Shown here in pieces: positions 47,901-60,008 of a stretch of DNA of 64,000 nucleotides (the stretch's first letter is position 1; the number at the start of each line of letters is the position of its first letter). Position numbers and translations under genes: made by a program. The DNA is taken from positions 1-64,000 of the forward strand of contig NIVC01002425.1 of assembly GCA_002269645.1 (NCBI GenBank), given 5' to 3'. The DNA is from Macrostomum lignano. Lineage: Eukaryota. The notes beneath the pieces were generated by a model. That model did not search any database, was not told the origin of the DNA, and worked only from the letters and a program-made list of their open reading frames with translations.

Positions 47901-50900
47901 TTGAAGTCAGCTATAATATTCAATATTAGGCATAGCACTGGCAGGATGCTACTAGGGAATACAATCCTAGATCACAATTGTCTAGGATTAAAAAATCCTC
48001 GGATTGACCATTGGGATCTCAATCCTAGTTTGCAATAATTCAATCATTCATTCTTAGTAGTAGTATCTGCAGCTAAGCTGTTTGTCAGGTGAAAATCATC
48101 ACTTATTTGTCTTGCTTTGATTTATTAATATTTTAAACATGCAGGCTAGTGAGAAGGTTAGGGCTGCATGGATACAAAACTGAAGCTATTGGCAGATTGT
48201 AAGGAGATCTCAGGTATAATAATAAATGTACATGCAGCTACAGTATATGCATATGCTAATTGCAGACAAATTTAATTATTATTGAAAAACCTATGAACAA
48301 AGCCTAAAGCAATAGAAGCCAATTCCTTATTGTTTCCTATCATGGTACTATAGCTTGCCAGATGGGAGTCAAATCATTGTTCATTTGAACTCTTTATCTA
48401 TTCCAAACCTAGCTAAGTCAATGGGTTTCAAGTCTTGACCTTGTGCAGATCAGAAGCCCCCTATGCAAAAGACCTCATTCTCAACACTGTCAAGACACCC
48501 TTTAGATGCCCAGAATAGGGTTGGTAGCAAAACTACTTTAAGTAATCCCTATCTTCAAAACCTCCTTGGCTATAGTTGGGATTAGAACAATGGGAGTCAA
48601 GACTTGGGACCTTGCTATTGGACCACAACCCAAGCTACCCATTCTTTATCTAGGATGGGTGCCCTTGGGAGGGTGAGGTCTGATCCCTTTCTAAACTGGT
48701 ATCAATACCTTATGCCATAGCTCTATAAGCTATCATTCCACATGTTATATCACAATCAAGTGTGATTTTCTTGAGCTGATACTTGCATGTAAAAAAACCT
48801 TCTATTATGCCAGCCTATTTACACTCCATTTCAGAGCTCACTATCAGTTTCTTGTTTGCAAAATCTTTTATTCTGTTGTACTTTTATCATTGAAAGCCCT
48901 TTAAAACTAGATTGGATGACTTTTAAAGCCAAAATTGCACTAACAAAAATTAGAAACCTCTTCAATCCTGGGATATCACGATCCCTAAATCCTGGGATTG
49001 GCAAAACCTGGGATTTTGTATTCCCTAGATGCTACCAGTTAGCACTCCTAATGAAAATTGCTTATCAAGCAGCCATAAAGGCTAAAAAATTAGCTAAATG
49101 TTAAAAGACTATTTCCAAGCAGCAATATATAATCAGCAAGCTATAGAAGCTTTGTGAATAGGTGCAGAAGTATACTAGGTAGTAGCAAAGCAATAATACT
49201 ACAAGGAAAGTAATTAAAAAGTCTAAAATTTGAGACCTGCTTAGTAGCTTGGAGCTAAATTTGCAGTTGTTGCAAGATAGAGTTGCTTCATTTTAGATTT
49301 AACAAGGTAGTCTTCAATTTCCAAACAAGGTCATTAGGACATATACAACTTGTTTGTAGAGTGCTAATAGAAAGCATTAGAGGTGTCATTAAATAAATTC
49401 TTCAAGACCTAATAGACAGCCTAAATACCACTCACTTGTAGGTTATAGCTGCTATCAACCTTGCAGACTAGCAGTTAATGTTATAGCATTGGTAACTGCC
49501 TAGCGAAGTTTTGCACTATAGAGCACCTGGCAGATACAACAAATGATAGCTAGCTAATCATGCTCATGACCAAATCAACTGGCAAACAAACTTAATACTA
49601 TGCTCAATACCAAGTAAACCCTCATTTGCTTATTTCTAATTATTTTCAATTATTCTTATTTTTATAGATTAAAGTCAAATGAAAACTTGTTTACTCAAAT
49701 TCAAAATGACTTGGGATAAAATCATAAGGCCTATACTCAACTTTTATCCTTGAAATTTATTGTATTATTACTTGGATCTATATAGAAAATTTCTAGCCTA
49801 TTGTTGTTTTTCTGTATAAGATAGAAAGTAGACACCTAAAATTTATACCTAAAAACTAAAGGCCACTATAGAAGAGGTTTCAACAGACTTTGACAATGAA
49901 AAAAGACAAATTTTAAAGACTATTTATCTTTATATGTTTTTATTGTATCAATATTATTATTAGATTAATAAAATGTTGTTTTATTAGTGTCATTCTATTA
50001 TAGGCCTAGTAAGATTTCAAAGTATAATTTAGGAAATAAAACCAAAAAACCAAACTATCATCCTTAGCCTGATCTATTGATTGCACTTTGCATATATAAC
50101 ATAACTATTAGGGTCTAGCTAGCTAAGTTCTAAGACTTTAAATTTACAAACTAAAAATATGTACATAGTAATCAATGAATAATTTATTAAAAGCTAGGTC
50201 TACAATCACTAGTGGTATACTTGTAATTATAATAAGTAAGTAGTCTATATTTTTGCTGAACTGGTCACCTTCTTTCACCAAAATGTTCAATCTATATAAA
50301 CTAAAAATTCACTTTTTCGAAAGCATCTTTTGCTGAAAATTCTTTTACCAAATGGGCTATACATATAGAAGAGCTTATAGAGATGACCATTGACTTGAAT
50401 CTTTACCATTTTGACAACTGTGAAGACTAGGTCTATGACTAGGAAAATGATAAAAAATATCTCTAAGTCTAAACTTTATTAAGTTCATTAAAATAGATTG
50501 TACTATTGAGAATAGAAGGCAAATGCCTTGAAATAAGTTTTTGTTTTGTCCTTTTTATTTTCTATCATGATTAGGTCTAGGGCATATTTTAGGCCCCTTT
50601 TTATAATAGATCTAGGATCTAGGAATATTTATCTGCCAGACTATTTATCTGCCCTGGGCAAATGGCCAGTGGATTATTTGTCTACCAGTGCTAAATAGTA
50701 GATATAGTAACTGACATAGGTTTCTGGACACTTCTGTAACAAGACACTTTTGCAACAGATGTTTTAGTATCAAGTCATATCAGCAACAAACAAGTAACTT
50801 ATAGCATAGTAGAGTTCCTAACTTTGTTATAGTTGTTTAATGCACCACTCACAAAATACCAACTTCAAAATGGTATATATAATATATATGACACTTCTCA

Positions 50901-51821
50901 CTATACATACATATACATATATATGTATGATACTCTACTCAGTGGATACACTTTGCATGTACGTAACAAGTTCCTTTACTTGATTTATTATTCCAAATGC
51001 ACAAAAGATGCCTTCAAAATGCATCACAAAGGGCAAAAATGCGTAACAGTATAAAGCTTCATTCAAAAATTATAAGAAAGTATATACTTTTAACAAAGCC
51101 AACTTTGTTGACAATTACCTAGAGTAAGTTACCATGACAAGAATTACTAGAAGTTACCATCGTATTTATTAATAATAAGTTTCTTTATTTTTTTAATTTA
51201 ACCATCCTAGTATTTACATAGCAAGTTTGTCACTTCAATGGCATTTTAAGTGTTGACTGTAAAAATAACTGTCTCGCTACAATAACAACTGCCTATCATT
51301 TTATAGATACTAAGGCTAGGGACCTAGCCAAGGCTTTAACTATCTATCAAGTTAATAATTAAAACTATCAAACTATTAAATATTTCACAAAATAAGGGCC
51401 CCATGTACCTAGTATTAGTCCTAAATCCAGTTAAGCCTAGGCTAAACGCTGCTAAAGTTCAAAAAGTCCTAGACATTTTGGAAGTTTGTCAGTTTGATCC
51501 ACACAATATACATTACATAAACTCTGGAGTCTGGAGGCCTAAAGCTTTTTACATTCTGTTATTGTTTTAAGCTAAGGCCTAGGCCTAGGCTACAACATTT
51601 TATAATTATATTACAGATAAGGCATTAAAAATCAACATTAAAAAACTCATGCATGGCTGCATGTGATGTGATGTTAGTAATGCGATGAGGATAAGCTAAG
51701 CATAATGTAAGCGGCACTTGAAACCTTGCGTCTGTTCATAGGCATTTTCAGACATTGATTTTTTACTTATTGATGTGTGTACTACAGTGTATTTTCTCAC
51801 CTTAAAGGAACTCAGTTTCAT
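41920..51821 (-). CDS. PNPLA6: Neuropathy target esterase / Swiss-cheese-like patatin phospholipase (PNPLA6/7), exons 51821-51801 (tentative), 46821-45686, 45201-44470, 43899-43374, 42876-41920; about 1123 aa
   Basis: N-terminal TM then RQFRRRDWLLY; cNMP-binding-like segments (PGEIVFS, PGDLVGQLEFL); ALGGGGARG, GTSIG, VRASMSYP, DGCFVNNLP; phases match; exon 1 (MKLSSFK|GTGAGA) is less certain. Confidence 0.87.
42905..43360. repeat. Degenerate about 22-bp repeat (TTAGTCTGGGGCGATTTCTCNT)n, PNPLA intron 4
   Basis: Direct reading. Confidence 0.85.
44020..44412. repeat. 14-bp minisatellite (GTGGGGATCAGTGA)n, PNPLA intron 3
   Basis: Direct reading. Confidence 0.92.
45325..45525. repeat. 27-bp minisatellite (GGGATATGACATGGTCTGACAATATCG)n, PNPLA intron 2
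   Basis: Direct reading, about 7 copies. Confidence 0.94.
47954..49027. mobile_element. Non-autonomous hAT element, 1074 bp, TAGGG termini, perfect 8-bp TSD GATGCTAC
   Basis: GATGCTAC|TAGGGAATACAA...TTGTATTCCCTA|GATGCTAC; subterminal ATCC/GGAT repeats. Confidence 0.88.
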
Positions 51822-52521
51822 TGATATAATGTTGGCGCATTTGATTAGAAGAGGTTTTCTTCTCTTCCGACCTACTACTTGTTCCGCGGGCCGCGCTGAT
51901 CAGTCGGCGGAAAATTTAAATTTCCCCAAATTAAAGTGTTTACGTATTATAACAAAAAGTTTTCTTTACAGCCTAGAGTAGTCCAATTGTGTGCTAAAAA
52001 GTAGCTTGAGATTTGTAGCGTACTACTTGGATAAGCAAAATACTAAGATAAATAGTGTTTTTTTGTTAGCATTACAAATAAGTGCTCACTCACAAAAAAG
52101 AAAAGTGCATTACAAAGTGACAGAAAAGTGATTTTGCGAATCTAACTATCTGGTTATAAAAAATCTTTAGAGATAGTAGACTCCGCCTGCTGAGATCCCC
52201 AGGCTTGGAGATGAGATGCTGCTGAAGGGTCTACCAGTTGTCGCTTCTGCAAATTAAATAAATTTCGCAAATTAATTTACCAGTATCGGAGATTTTAACA
52301 CTTTTTGCTATATTTTACAAAACTATGGACTGCAAAATACAGGGATCATAAAACTCTGGAATTTTGGCATCATCAACTGAAACCCTCTAAAGCTGAACTT
52401 ATGCATATGCCATGCAAAGATCTAGCTAACTATGTAAGCGTGTACATGTTTGACTGCAGCAACAAGTTTGCGACGCGACGCACACTGGCCTGCCGCGCGC
52501 CGCCTTCAAGATCGGCTACGA

Positions 52522-52818
52522 ATGAGTGACCAGCGCGGCTTTGTATCACTGCGCCGGCCTTCCGTCCAAGAGACCTGTTGCGACGTCGGCGACTGCAGCT
52601 GCATGGCGGGCCACATCATCCGCGCCGAGACGTACTGCCCACAGCCGGTGCAAGATGAGGTGCTGCTGCTGACGCTGCAGGCACCCTACCGGCGGGGGCA
52701 GGCCGGCACTCGGCGTTTCGTCGACTGCCTGTGCTGGCTAACGCCGGCGCCTCGGATTCGGCCGGCGGCGTGGCGTTCGTACCCCGACCAGGTAGGCGCA
52801 CCCTGTGACGCTGACTGA
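52522..52818 (+). CDS. Candidate small Cys-rich protein (98 aa), or first exon of a longer gene
   Basis: GC-rich island in AT-rich DNA; longest frame reads ETCCDVGDCSCMAGH...YCP...VDCLCW; possible donor CAG|GTAGGC near the end. Confidence 0.45.
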   Translation: MSDQRGFVSLRRPSVQETCCDVGDCSCMAGHIIRAETYCPQPVQDEVLLLTLQAPYRRGQAGTRRFVDCLCWLTPAPRIRPAAWRSYPDQVGAPCDAD

Positions 52819-53673
52819 ATATTTTTGTTGTTGTTTTTGTTGGGGAGTGCCTTTAATTATACGAGCGTATGTATCGAGCAGTTTGATTGAAGCTCGGGAA
52901 GAAAAGGTCTCGGCCCAGTCTGGAGGCAGTGTGTCACGTGTCAGTTTTGACTTAAAAGACATAAAACCCAAATAGGATAGTTAAGGACTGGGAATAAGCT
53001 GGGAGTTAGGAATACGTAAAAATGCTACAGGTAGGTAGTAGTCTGATGTAGGCACGTCCTGGGCCCCCATGCACACTAATTTTTGCGCACCGCCTCCTTA
53101 ATTCTTTCTGTGATGATCCCGCGCCCCATGATGACTCATTGCGATGAATCACTCGGATGACTCCGATCGCCCACCCCCCTTCCCCGCGCACCAACCAGAC
53201 GAGCTTTCTATTGTTTGAAATCATTCATGCATATGACAGTTTTACGACCCCTATCTCCCCAAGCTTTATCCTGCCTGTTACGCGATCCCACATCATTAAT
53301 CATTTTTTCTACGCTGTTCCCCACCCCAATTTCTCGTCCAATCGCAGCGCGGCTGACGTGTGACTTCATCAGGGTTGCTTGGTAACGGAGCTAAAGGACA
53401 ATTCACGACCTTCAATATCACGCCCGCGCCTCTGGCGTGAACCTTCAAACAACCCGGGCGACCGCTGTCTAGATAATGGGATCTTAATTTCCTTTCAGCG
53501 CCAGAGCCCAGGGGTCGCAAAGATGTTTTCATGCAGCCCGGGCTACGTCAAGTCTAGCTCATATGTCCGTAACAGTGCAAAAGGCAGTCAATGCTTGAAT
53601 TACTATACCTCGCACATAGGAGTGAATAGTACTTGTAAAACCTATTGCATGCTTCTTCTATTTGTTTTGCGTC

Positions 53674-53964
53674 TCTAGAAGGGGGGTTTCACAAACTCGA
53701 AATTTCACAACATCGAAAACTCTAGCAAGAGACTTCATAAGGTCGAAATTTCACAACGTAGAAAACTACTGCATGGTCTTCAGTAGTACTCACGGTAACC
53801 GTGCAAATACCGTGACGTTTTGAAATTTCGAGCTCATGAAGTTTCGACCTTGTGAAAGTGCCTGCTATTTGAGTTTTCGATGTTATGAAATTTCGACCTT
53901 GAAGTCTCTTGCTAGAGTTTTCGATGTTGTGAAATTTCGACCTTGTGAAAGCACCCCCTCTAGA
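53674..53964. mobile_element. About 290-bp MITE with TIRs of 70 bp or more, bounded by TCTAGA at both ends
   Basis: AGGGG..TTTCACAA..TCGAAATTTCACAACATCGAAAACTCTAGCAAGAGACTTCA is mirrored at the right end; internal GAAATTTCGA repeats. Confidence 0.85.
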
Positions 53965-54748
53965 ATATATACATCTCTTTGGATTCCTGTCTCAGTTTGT
54001 TAACCTCTTATACTAGGGATTAAGGAACCTCAGGAACCTGGTGTCAGCAATCGAACTACCGACTCAACCAATATCCACAATATCCACATGATAGAGAAAA
54101 TAGATCAGAAATAAATCAGTAGCCGAAAGCGCAGGACCCACGACTCCAAATAAAATAATTCATGTGTCTTATTTCGACAACAATTAGTTTTCTAAACGAA
54201 TAGCTCTATGAATATCAATAGAGCTGAGCTATAAAGAAAGGCAATACATAAAAAAAGATGAACACAGGCCAGTCTGCCTCCTCAAAAAATCAATAAATTT
54301 TTCTGCTAAAAAATCGATGAAACATTCCTAATTCGATCCTTAATAAACATGCATAATTTTTTTCCGACAAAACCTGCTGCCTCCTAAAATTTCTCAAGAA
54401 AAGTTGTTTCACGTGCTTCTACCTTGATGTACGTACAGTTTACAGTAAAAGTACGAGTATCAATAGATCCAACACCCCTGCTGATAGAAACATGATTAAT
54501 AAGATTAACCATCGGTCTCAAAACTGCATGTACAGGTTCAAAAACGTCAAATAATAGCTCTAAAAAGTTCGTAGGCGCGCATTAACAAGACGAGAAAGTC
54601 CTTGAACTGTATATTGTATGGAGGTCCTTGTATGCCTCGGATATATAATGTATCATAATTTTGGATTGCGTATTGCACATATAAATCCATTTCGTATATA
54701 ACACATATACATCTATAAAAACGTGCGTAATCAATCAATACTATTCCC

Positions 54749-56089
54749 CTAAATGCGAATGGACCTGGGTGAAGCTTCGGACAACTCGGCGTCCTTGTCA
54801 GCGAGGTGTTTGCGCCACTTTTCCACCTTTTCGTTCACTAGCTAGCTAGCTACTGTACATGTAGTTCGTTGTTGTCTCGGCGAAGTATAGCGATTTCATC
54901 TTTAAGCTGCTGAACCTGCAGATTGAGCACTTGGATTCGACCAGTTGCATTTGTCACCAGCTTGTCCTTCTCGTCCACAGAGGCCTGTTGTTGGGGAGAA
55001 TATAGTCATGTGTTGTGGTTGTTGTAATGCTGGTTGACCTCTATGACAAATATGTACTTTTACGTTGCACCGACGTTCAGCCGACATATGATGACGTTAT
55101 CCGTCGATGTAATGTAAAAGCAGATAATTGTCATCGACGTCGATAGACATCGGGAAAGTCGGCCAGGCGTCGATTTGGTTTTCCTGAATTCCATCTTTAC
55201 TGCAATCATCCATGGACAGCATGGACAGCTAAAGTATTGTAGATTAGGACGCTATATTTACTCGATTTTTTTAGACTTGATCGCCACAGGCCAGTAAGGA
55301 AATTTTATTTATCACGCATTTAGTATGCGCAAATGCAGTATTTATTTTCAATAATCAGCGAAAACCGGAACCTTTCTCGGATTAACCAATCCTCAATCTT
55401 ACCTTCATGTCCTGGTAACGAGAGCAGAAGCTTTCGTATTCAGCAGCTCCATCCAGCAGCTCTTTTTGGACTTTTTCAAGTTTCTCTTGCAGCTCAGCTT
55501 TACCCTGCAGGGCCAAGTCGAGTTCAGCTTTCAGTTGGCGAACTTTTCGATTGAGGTCTCTGATAGTGTTTTTGGTTTCCTGGCTATTCTCAGTGCGATC
55601 GATTCGTTCAACGAGACTATAGATGCGATTTTGGAGACAGTGGTTCTCAATCTCCATATCGGACAGTTTCTGCTCCAGGCTGTGTGGTTGTTCGTCTTTG
55701 TCCACTCCAGTTACCTGTTAGAGGGGGTGATCGTGGCAAAAATGACAGGGTCTACACTACTACGACAATAGACTGCTACAAGTTTTTATTTTACATTCAC
55801 TTGGTTTTCCTGATACCCAACTGTCACTGCAATTAATACCCTAATGCATTATGCATGTATAGTAAATGTCGACTGCCTTGTAAGCATGCACACTGAAGGC
55901 ATATCAAGTCATTTTTAACCCTTTTATTGTTAAAATCGCACCGCATCATCAAAACAAACCTTGCTAACGGTTATCTCTTTATTTCGGATTTCGTTCAGCA
56001 AGTATTCAACCTCTTTGCTGAGCCTCTCATTCTCGTTACGCAGCTCGAGCTCCTTGTCAGCGTCCAATCCTCGATTACTTGAGTTTCAT
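54749..56089 (-). pseudogene. CEP290: Disrupted, truncated CEP290-like coiled-coil fragment, exons about 56089-55960, 55714-55403, 54984-54749
   Basis: YQDMK|ASV...LQVQQL...VNEKVEKWRKHLADKDAEL resembles recalled CEP290 YNRMKAIV...LQVQEL...VNAKVEEWKLILSSKDDEI; ATG one base out of frame; stop and frameshift at 54839-54858. Confidence 0.55.
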
Positions 56090-57223
56090 TTTGCAATCCT
56101 AAAATAGCTTTTCACGACTTCAAGTTTACGGCTTCAAGTAGTAGTAGCACTAGCACACAGAAAACGAAAAAAATGAATGTTGAAAATCAGTTTCATAAGC
56201 ATATACAATTGACACTATAATTATTATAGATTCAAGCATGTACTATTTATTATTTAGCATAAAATAGCTTCTGCTTAGGTTGTAGAAAATAGCTTTAATA
56301 ACTTTTTTGTAAAAAAATACGTTCGTAGTTTGTTTTACTCGTTGTATTTTCGTTTACGTACTGCCGCGGAAACTCGCTCGTATGTTCATCCCAAATTTAC
56401 TAGGAAAAATCATTGCAAAAAATACAAATCACAATATACTAAATCTCTAAGGTCTGTCTGTCTGTCTTAATTTGCTACGAATTAAAAAGCATCGCTTTTT
56501 TACTTTATAAGTGAATCCAGTTATGCACATTTACACCTTAGTACTATAGGCATATCATTTAAAAATCACAGTAATGTTATTTACATGTACATGTATTGAT
56601 CTTGAATTCTGGCCGTACGATCGTAGGTAGAATCATCGCATAAATATTTATTGGGTGCTGTGTAAAGCCAGTTAATGAAAATGAAAATGCAATGGTTTTT
56701 AAAATGAATCCAACTACAATACAAATGTATATGTACATACTTTGTATGTGTACATGTAAATTGTACATGTACCTGAAAAGTGCGTGAAAATTAAAAAAAT
56801 ATTTAGAAATCCTTTTTTTGTTGCAGACACCACTATGAATTGGCATATTGGTTGGTAAACTTATAAACGATTTATTTCAATCGCAGGTGTATATTTTAAA
56901 TTCATACAAAAGATGATGAAGCACCTCTTGGAAATATCTTTCCAAACCACGATTGCTCATGAACGATACATGTAAACTTTTTTTAAAAAAGCAAGATAAT
57001 TTATTCAAAAACAACTTTTTTTCATGCAATCATTATAAACGGACTTGTATTATTACAATTTGATAATACAAAATAACATATTCCAAATAGAAAGTAGGAT
57101 GGAGTGATAAAGCGCAGACGAGGAATATAATGACAGACAGGGGCAATTAAAACTTTTATTTTAGTCGATACTCCGCGTGAATCCCGCGTGAATCCCGCAA
57201 ATGTGATTATAATAAAAGAAATA

Positions 57224-58495
57224 TTATAGCAAAGACGAAAGCGCAGATGTCGAGGCGCTGTTCGACACGCGACCGCGGCCGTTTTTGCTGCCTGCTGACC
57301 GCCCCGTACCGCCCCCGCCTTCCAGCTGCTGATGCTGCTGGATATCATCTAGCATTAGCATTCTTCGACAGGTTAGCAGCCGGTTGAGTCGTCGCAGACG
57401 GGCGTCCCGGTCCTGCAACTCCTGACGCAAATGGCGCACTTCCGCGTCTTTCTCGGCTAGCTGGCGCTCCAGTGGCTCCGTCTCGGCGCGAACCGCAGCC
57501 AACAGAGCGTCCTGCAGCACTTGAGCAACAGTGGCTACGCAGGACTCGGCGCACGACTCCGCGCTGCCAACACCAGACGTGGTGGACGGCTCGTCTGAAT
57601 TAGTGGGCGAAGTTATCGAAGCCGTCGTCGTGGCAGTTGTCGTTGACGATACTGTTTTCAAAGCCGGCAAGTCTGAAGGTGGCGGTGGCGGTAGCGGTGG
57701 TGGCGGCGGCGGTGCTGGCGGCGTTGGTTCCAGGGCTGGCGGCGGGGCAGGCAGCTCCGACTGAAGATGAGGTGACGGCAACCCAGATGGACTCGACGGC
57801 GGTGGCTTTGATGTCCCGGCTCTGGTCTCTACAGTTGAAAACGCCGAATTAGCCCTTGGTCGCGACTCCGTCTGCAGCATAAGCGGCCTCGTCTGACTCG
57901 CCCAGCCTGAGCGAAGCTGCTGCTGACGCATTCGCTGGAGCTGCCGCTTCTGATTCTGTGCACCGAACCGAGCGGTCGAGCGTCTCGGGCATCGAGTCTC
58001 GTGGACAAAACTAGACGACGGTTGCAGCGTCCAAACAACGTCGCCAACGCAATAGTTGTCACCGGGCAGGTCGCAGTCGTCTTCTGACCAATGCCGCTGG
58101 TGGTGCGCAGCGGCGTCACCACAGAATCTCCGACGACAGCCGCAGTTGGCAGCGGCGTTGGCGGCTGCGGCCTCCACTTTAGCGGCGAGTTCTGCGTCGC
58201 TGGGAAGGCGTGACGAGTTTCTCGCCATTCTACTTCGATTGTCGATGTCGACATCGTCCAGTTTGGTGGCTGCCGCAGCCGCTGCTAGTGCTGGACATTC
58301 AGGATCGAGGACGTACACGTCGCTAACAGAGATGGCCATCGAGGACAAACTGGAGCAGCCGCCCCATTGCATTCGATATTCCTGGAATCGAACCGGCTTG
58401 AAACGAGACGGTCGTTTGCCGATTGTAGGATGTTGAATTAGATGAGAGTTATTGTTATTATTTTGAGTCGATAATGCACCTCTCTGTGGATCCAT
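57224..58495 (-). CDS. Intronless 423-aa low-complexity protein with poly-Pro and a C-terminal coiled coil
   Basis: ATG-initiated GC-rich ORF; heptads LERQLAEKDAEVRHLRQELQDRDARLRRL. Confidence 0.75.
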   Translation of the reverse strand: MDPQRGALSTQNNNNNSHLIQHPTIGKRPSRFKPVRFQEYRMQWGGCSSLSSMAISVSDVYVLDPECPALAAAAAATKLDDVDIDNRSRMARNSSRLPSDAELAAKVEAAAANAAANCGCRRRFCGDAAAHHQRHWSEDDCDLPGDNYCVGDVVWTLQPSSSFVHETRCPRRSTARFGAQNQKRQLQRMRQQQLRSGWASQTRPLMLQTESRPRANSAFSTVETRAGTSKPPPSSPSGLPSPHLQSELPAPPPALEPTPPAPPPPPPLPPPPPSDLPALKTVSSTTTATTTASITSPTNSDEPSTTSGVGSAESCAESCVATVAQVLQDALLAAVRAETEPLERQLAEKDAEVRHLRQELQDRDARLRRLNRLLTCRRMLMLDDIQQHQQLEGGGGTGRSAGSKNGRGRVSNSASTSALSSLL

Positions 58496-59285
58496 TGGAT
58501 TAATTCTTAAACAGTATATTATTTAGCGATAACTGCTAACAATAATCTGCGTCTTAATTCACCAAAGCAAGCAATATCGGACGGGACAAGCCCGCTCTGG
58601 AACTGACGGCTCTCACATCTAGTATTGCCCTATAGTGGGCAAAGCTTTGGAAGAGGTCGGTAGATTTTATAATAGAAAATATCCAACCTGTCACGGGTGA
58701 GCGAGCAAAGCTTTGCAGTCTTACGTAACGCCCACGCCCATTCGGCTCCTCCATTTCGTCTCTCCCCCTACACATAAACTGGCTATAAAGATTGAATGTA
58801 CATTTGCGGGGCAGGAATGTACGTTCGTGTCTGTATTCTGGTCCGGCACGACGCGCTATCAGTGTGGGGTTGGTTTGTAAAAAGCTTTGAAAGGCTGGGT
58901 GGGTGGCGGCGGTGGGATGAGTGGGGATGGGGGTCTAGGGGTATGCCCGGACTTCAATAATATCGCTTTAGTTAGAACGTGCTTTAGAACTATTGCTCTC
59001 TTCTTTACTGCCCACTGCAAGCAAGCATTCCAGTTTGAAGGTCGTTTGAATTTGGACAATTTTTCTATATTATTCAAAAGAAACGCGTTTAAAAACGGGT
59101 TTTATAACCGAAGACAAGTCTGAAGCTACTTGAGTTTGCTGACCTTGTTTTTGTTTTTCAATGAAATTTTATTAACAATTGTTCCAAAGGGCGTAGGCAA
59201 GGGGCCAACCAGGCTGCCTGCCCTAATTGGCTGGTAAAACTGTGCACAGTTTTTAGATAGATTTCGCGCCCGTTGGATGTCTCAG

Positions 59286-60008
59286 GCCCCTGGTGCTGGC
59301 GCCCCTGGTGCTGGCGCCCCTGGTGCTGGCGCCCCTGGTGCTGGCGCCCCTGGTGCTGGCGCCCCTGGTGCTGGCGCCCCTGGTGCTGGCGCCCCTGGTG
59401 CTGGCGCCCCTGGTGCTGGCGCCCCTGGTGCTGGCGCCCCTGGTGCTGGCGCCCCTGGTGCTGGCGCCCCTGGTGCTGGCGCCCCTGGTGCTGGCGCCCC
59501 TGGTGCTGGCGCCCCTGGTGCTGGCGCCCCTGGTGCTGGCGCCCCTGGTGCTGGCGCCCCTGGTGCTGGCGCCCCTGGTGCTGGCGCCCCTGGTGCTGGC
59601 GCCCCTGGTGCTGGCGCCCCTGGTGCTGGCGCCCCTGGTGCTGGCGCCCCTGGTGCTGGCGCCCCTGGTGCTGGCGCCCCTGGTGCTGGCGCCCCTGGTG
59701 CTGGCGCCCCTGGTGCTGGCGCCCCTGGTGCTGGCGCCCCTGGTGCTGGCGCCCCTGGTGCTGGCGCCCCTGGTGCTGGCGCCCCTGGTGCTGGCGCCCC
59801 TGGTGCTGGCGCCCCTGGTGCTGGCGCCCCTGGTGCTGGCGCCCCTGGTGCTGGCGCCCCTGGTGCTGGCGCCCCTGGTGCTGGCGCCCCTGGTGCTGGC
59901 GCCCCTGGTGCTGGCGCCCCTGGTGCTGGCGCCCCTGGTGCTGGCGCCCCTGGTGCTGGCGCCCCTGGTGCTGGCGCCCCTGGTGCTGGCGCCCCTGGTG
60001 CTGGCGCA
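59286..60008. repeat. 15-bp minisatellite (TGGTGCTGGCGCCCC)n, about 48 perfect copies
   Basis: Direct reading. Confidence 0.98.
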
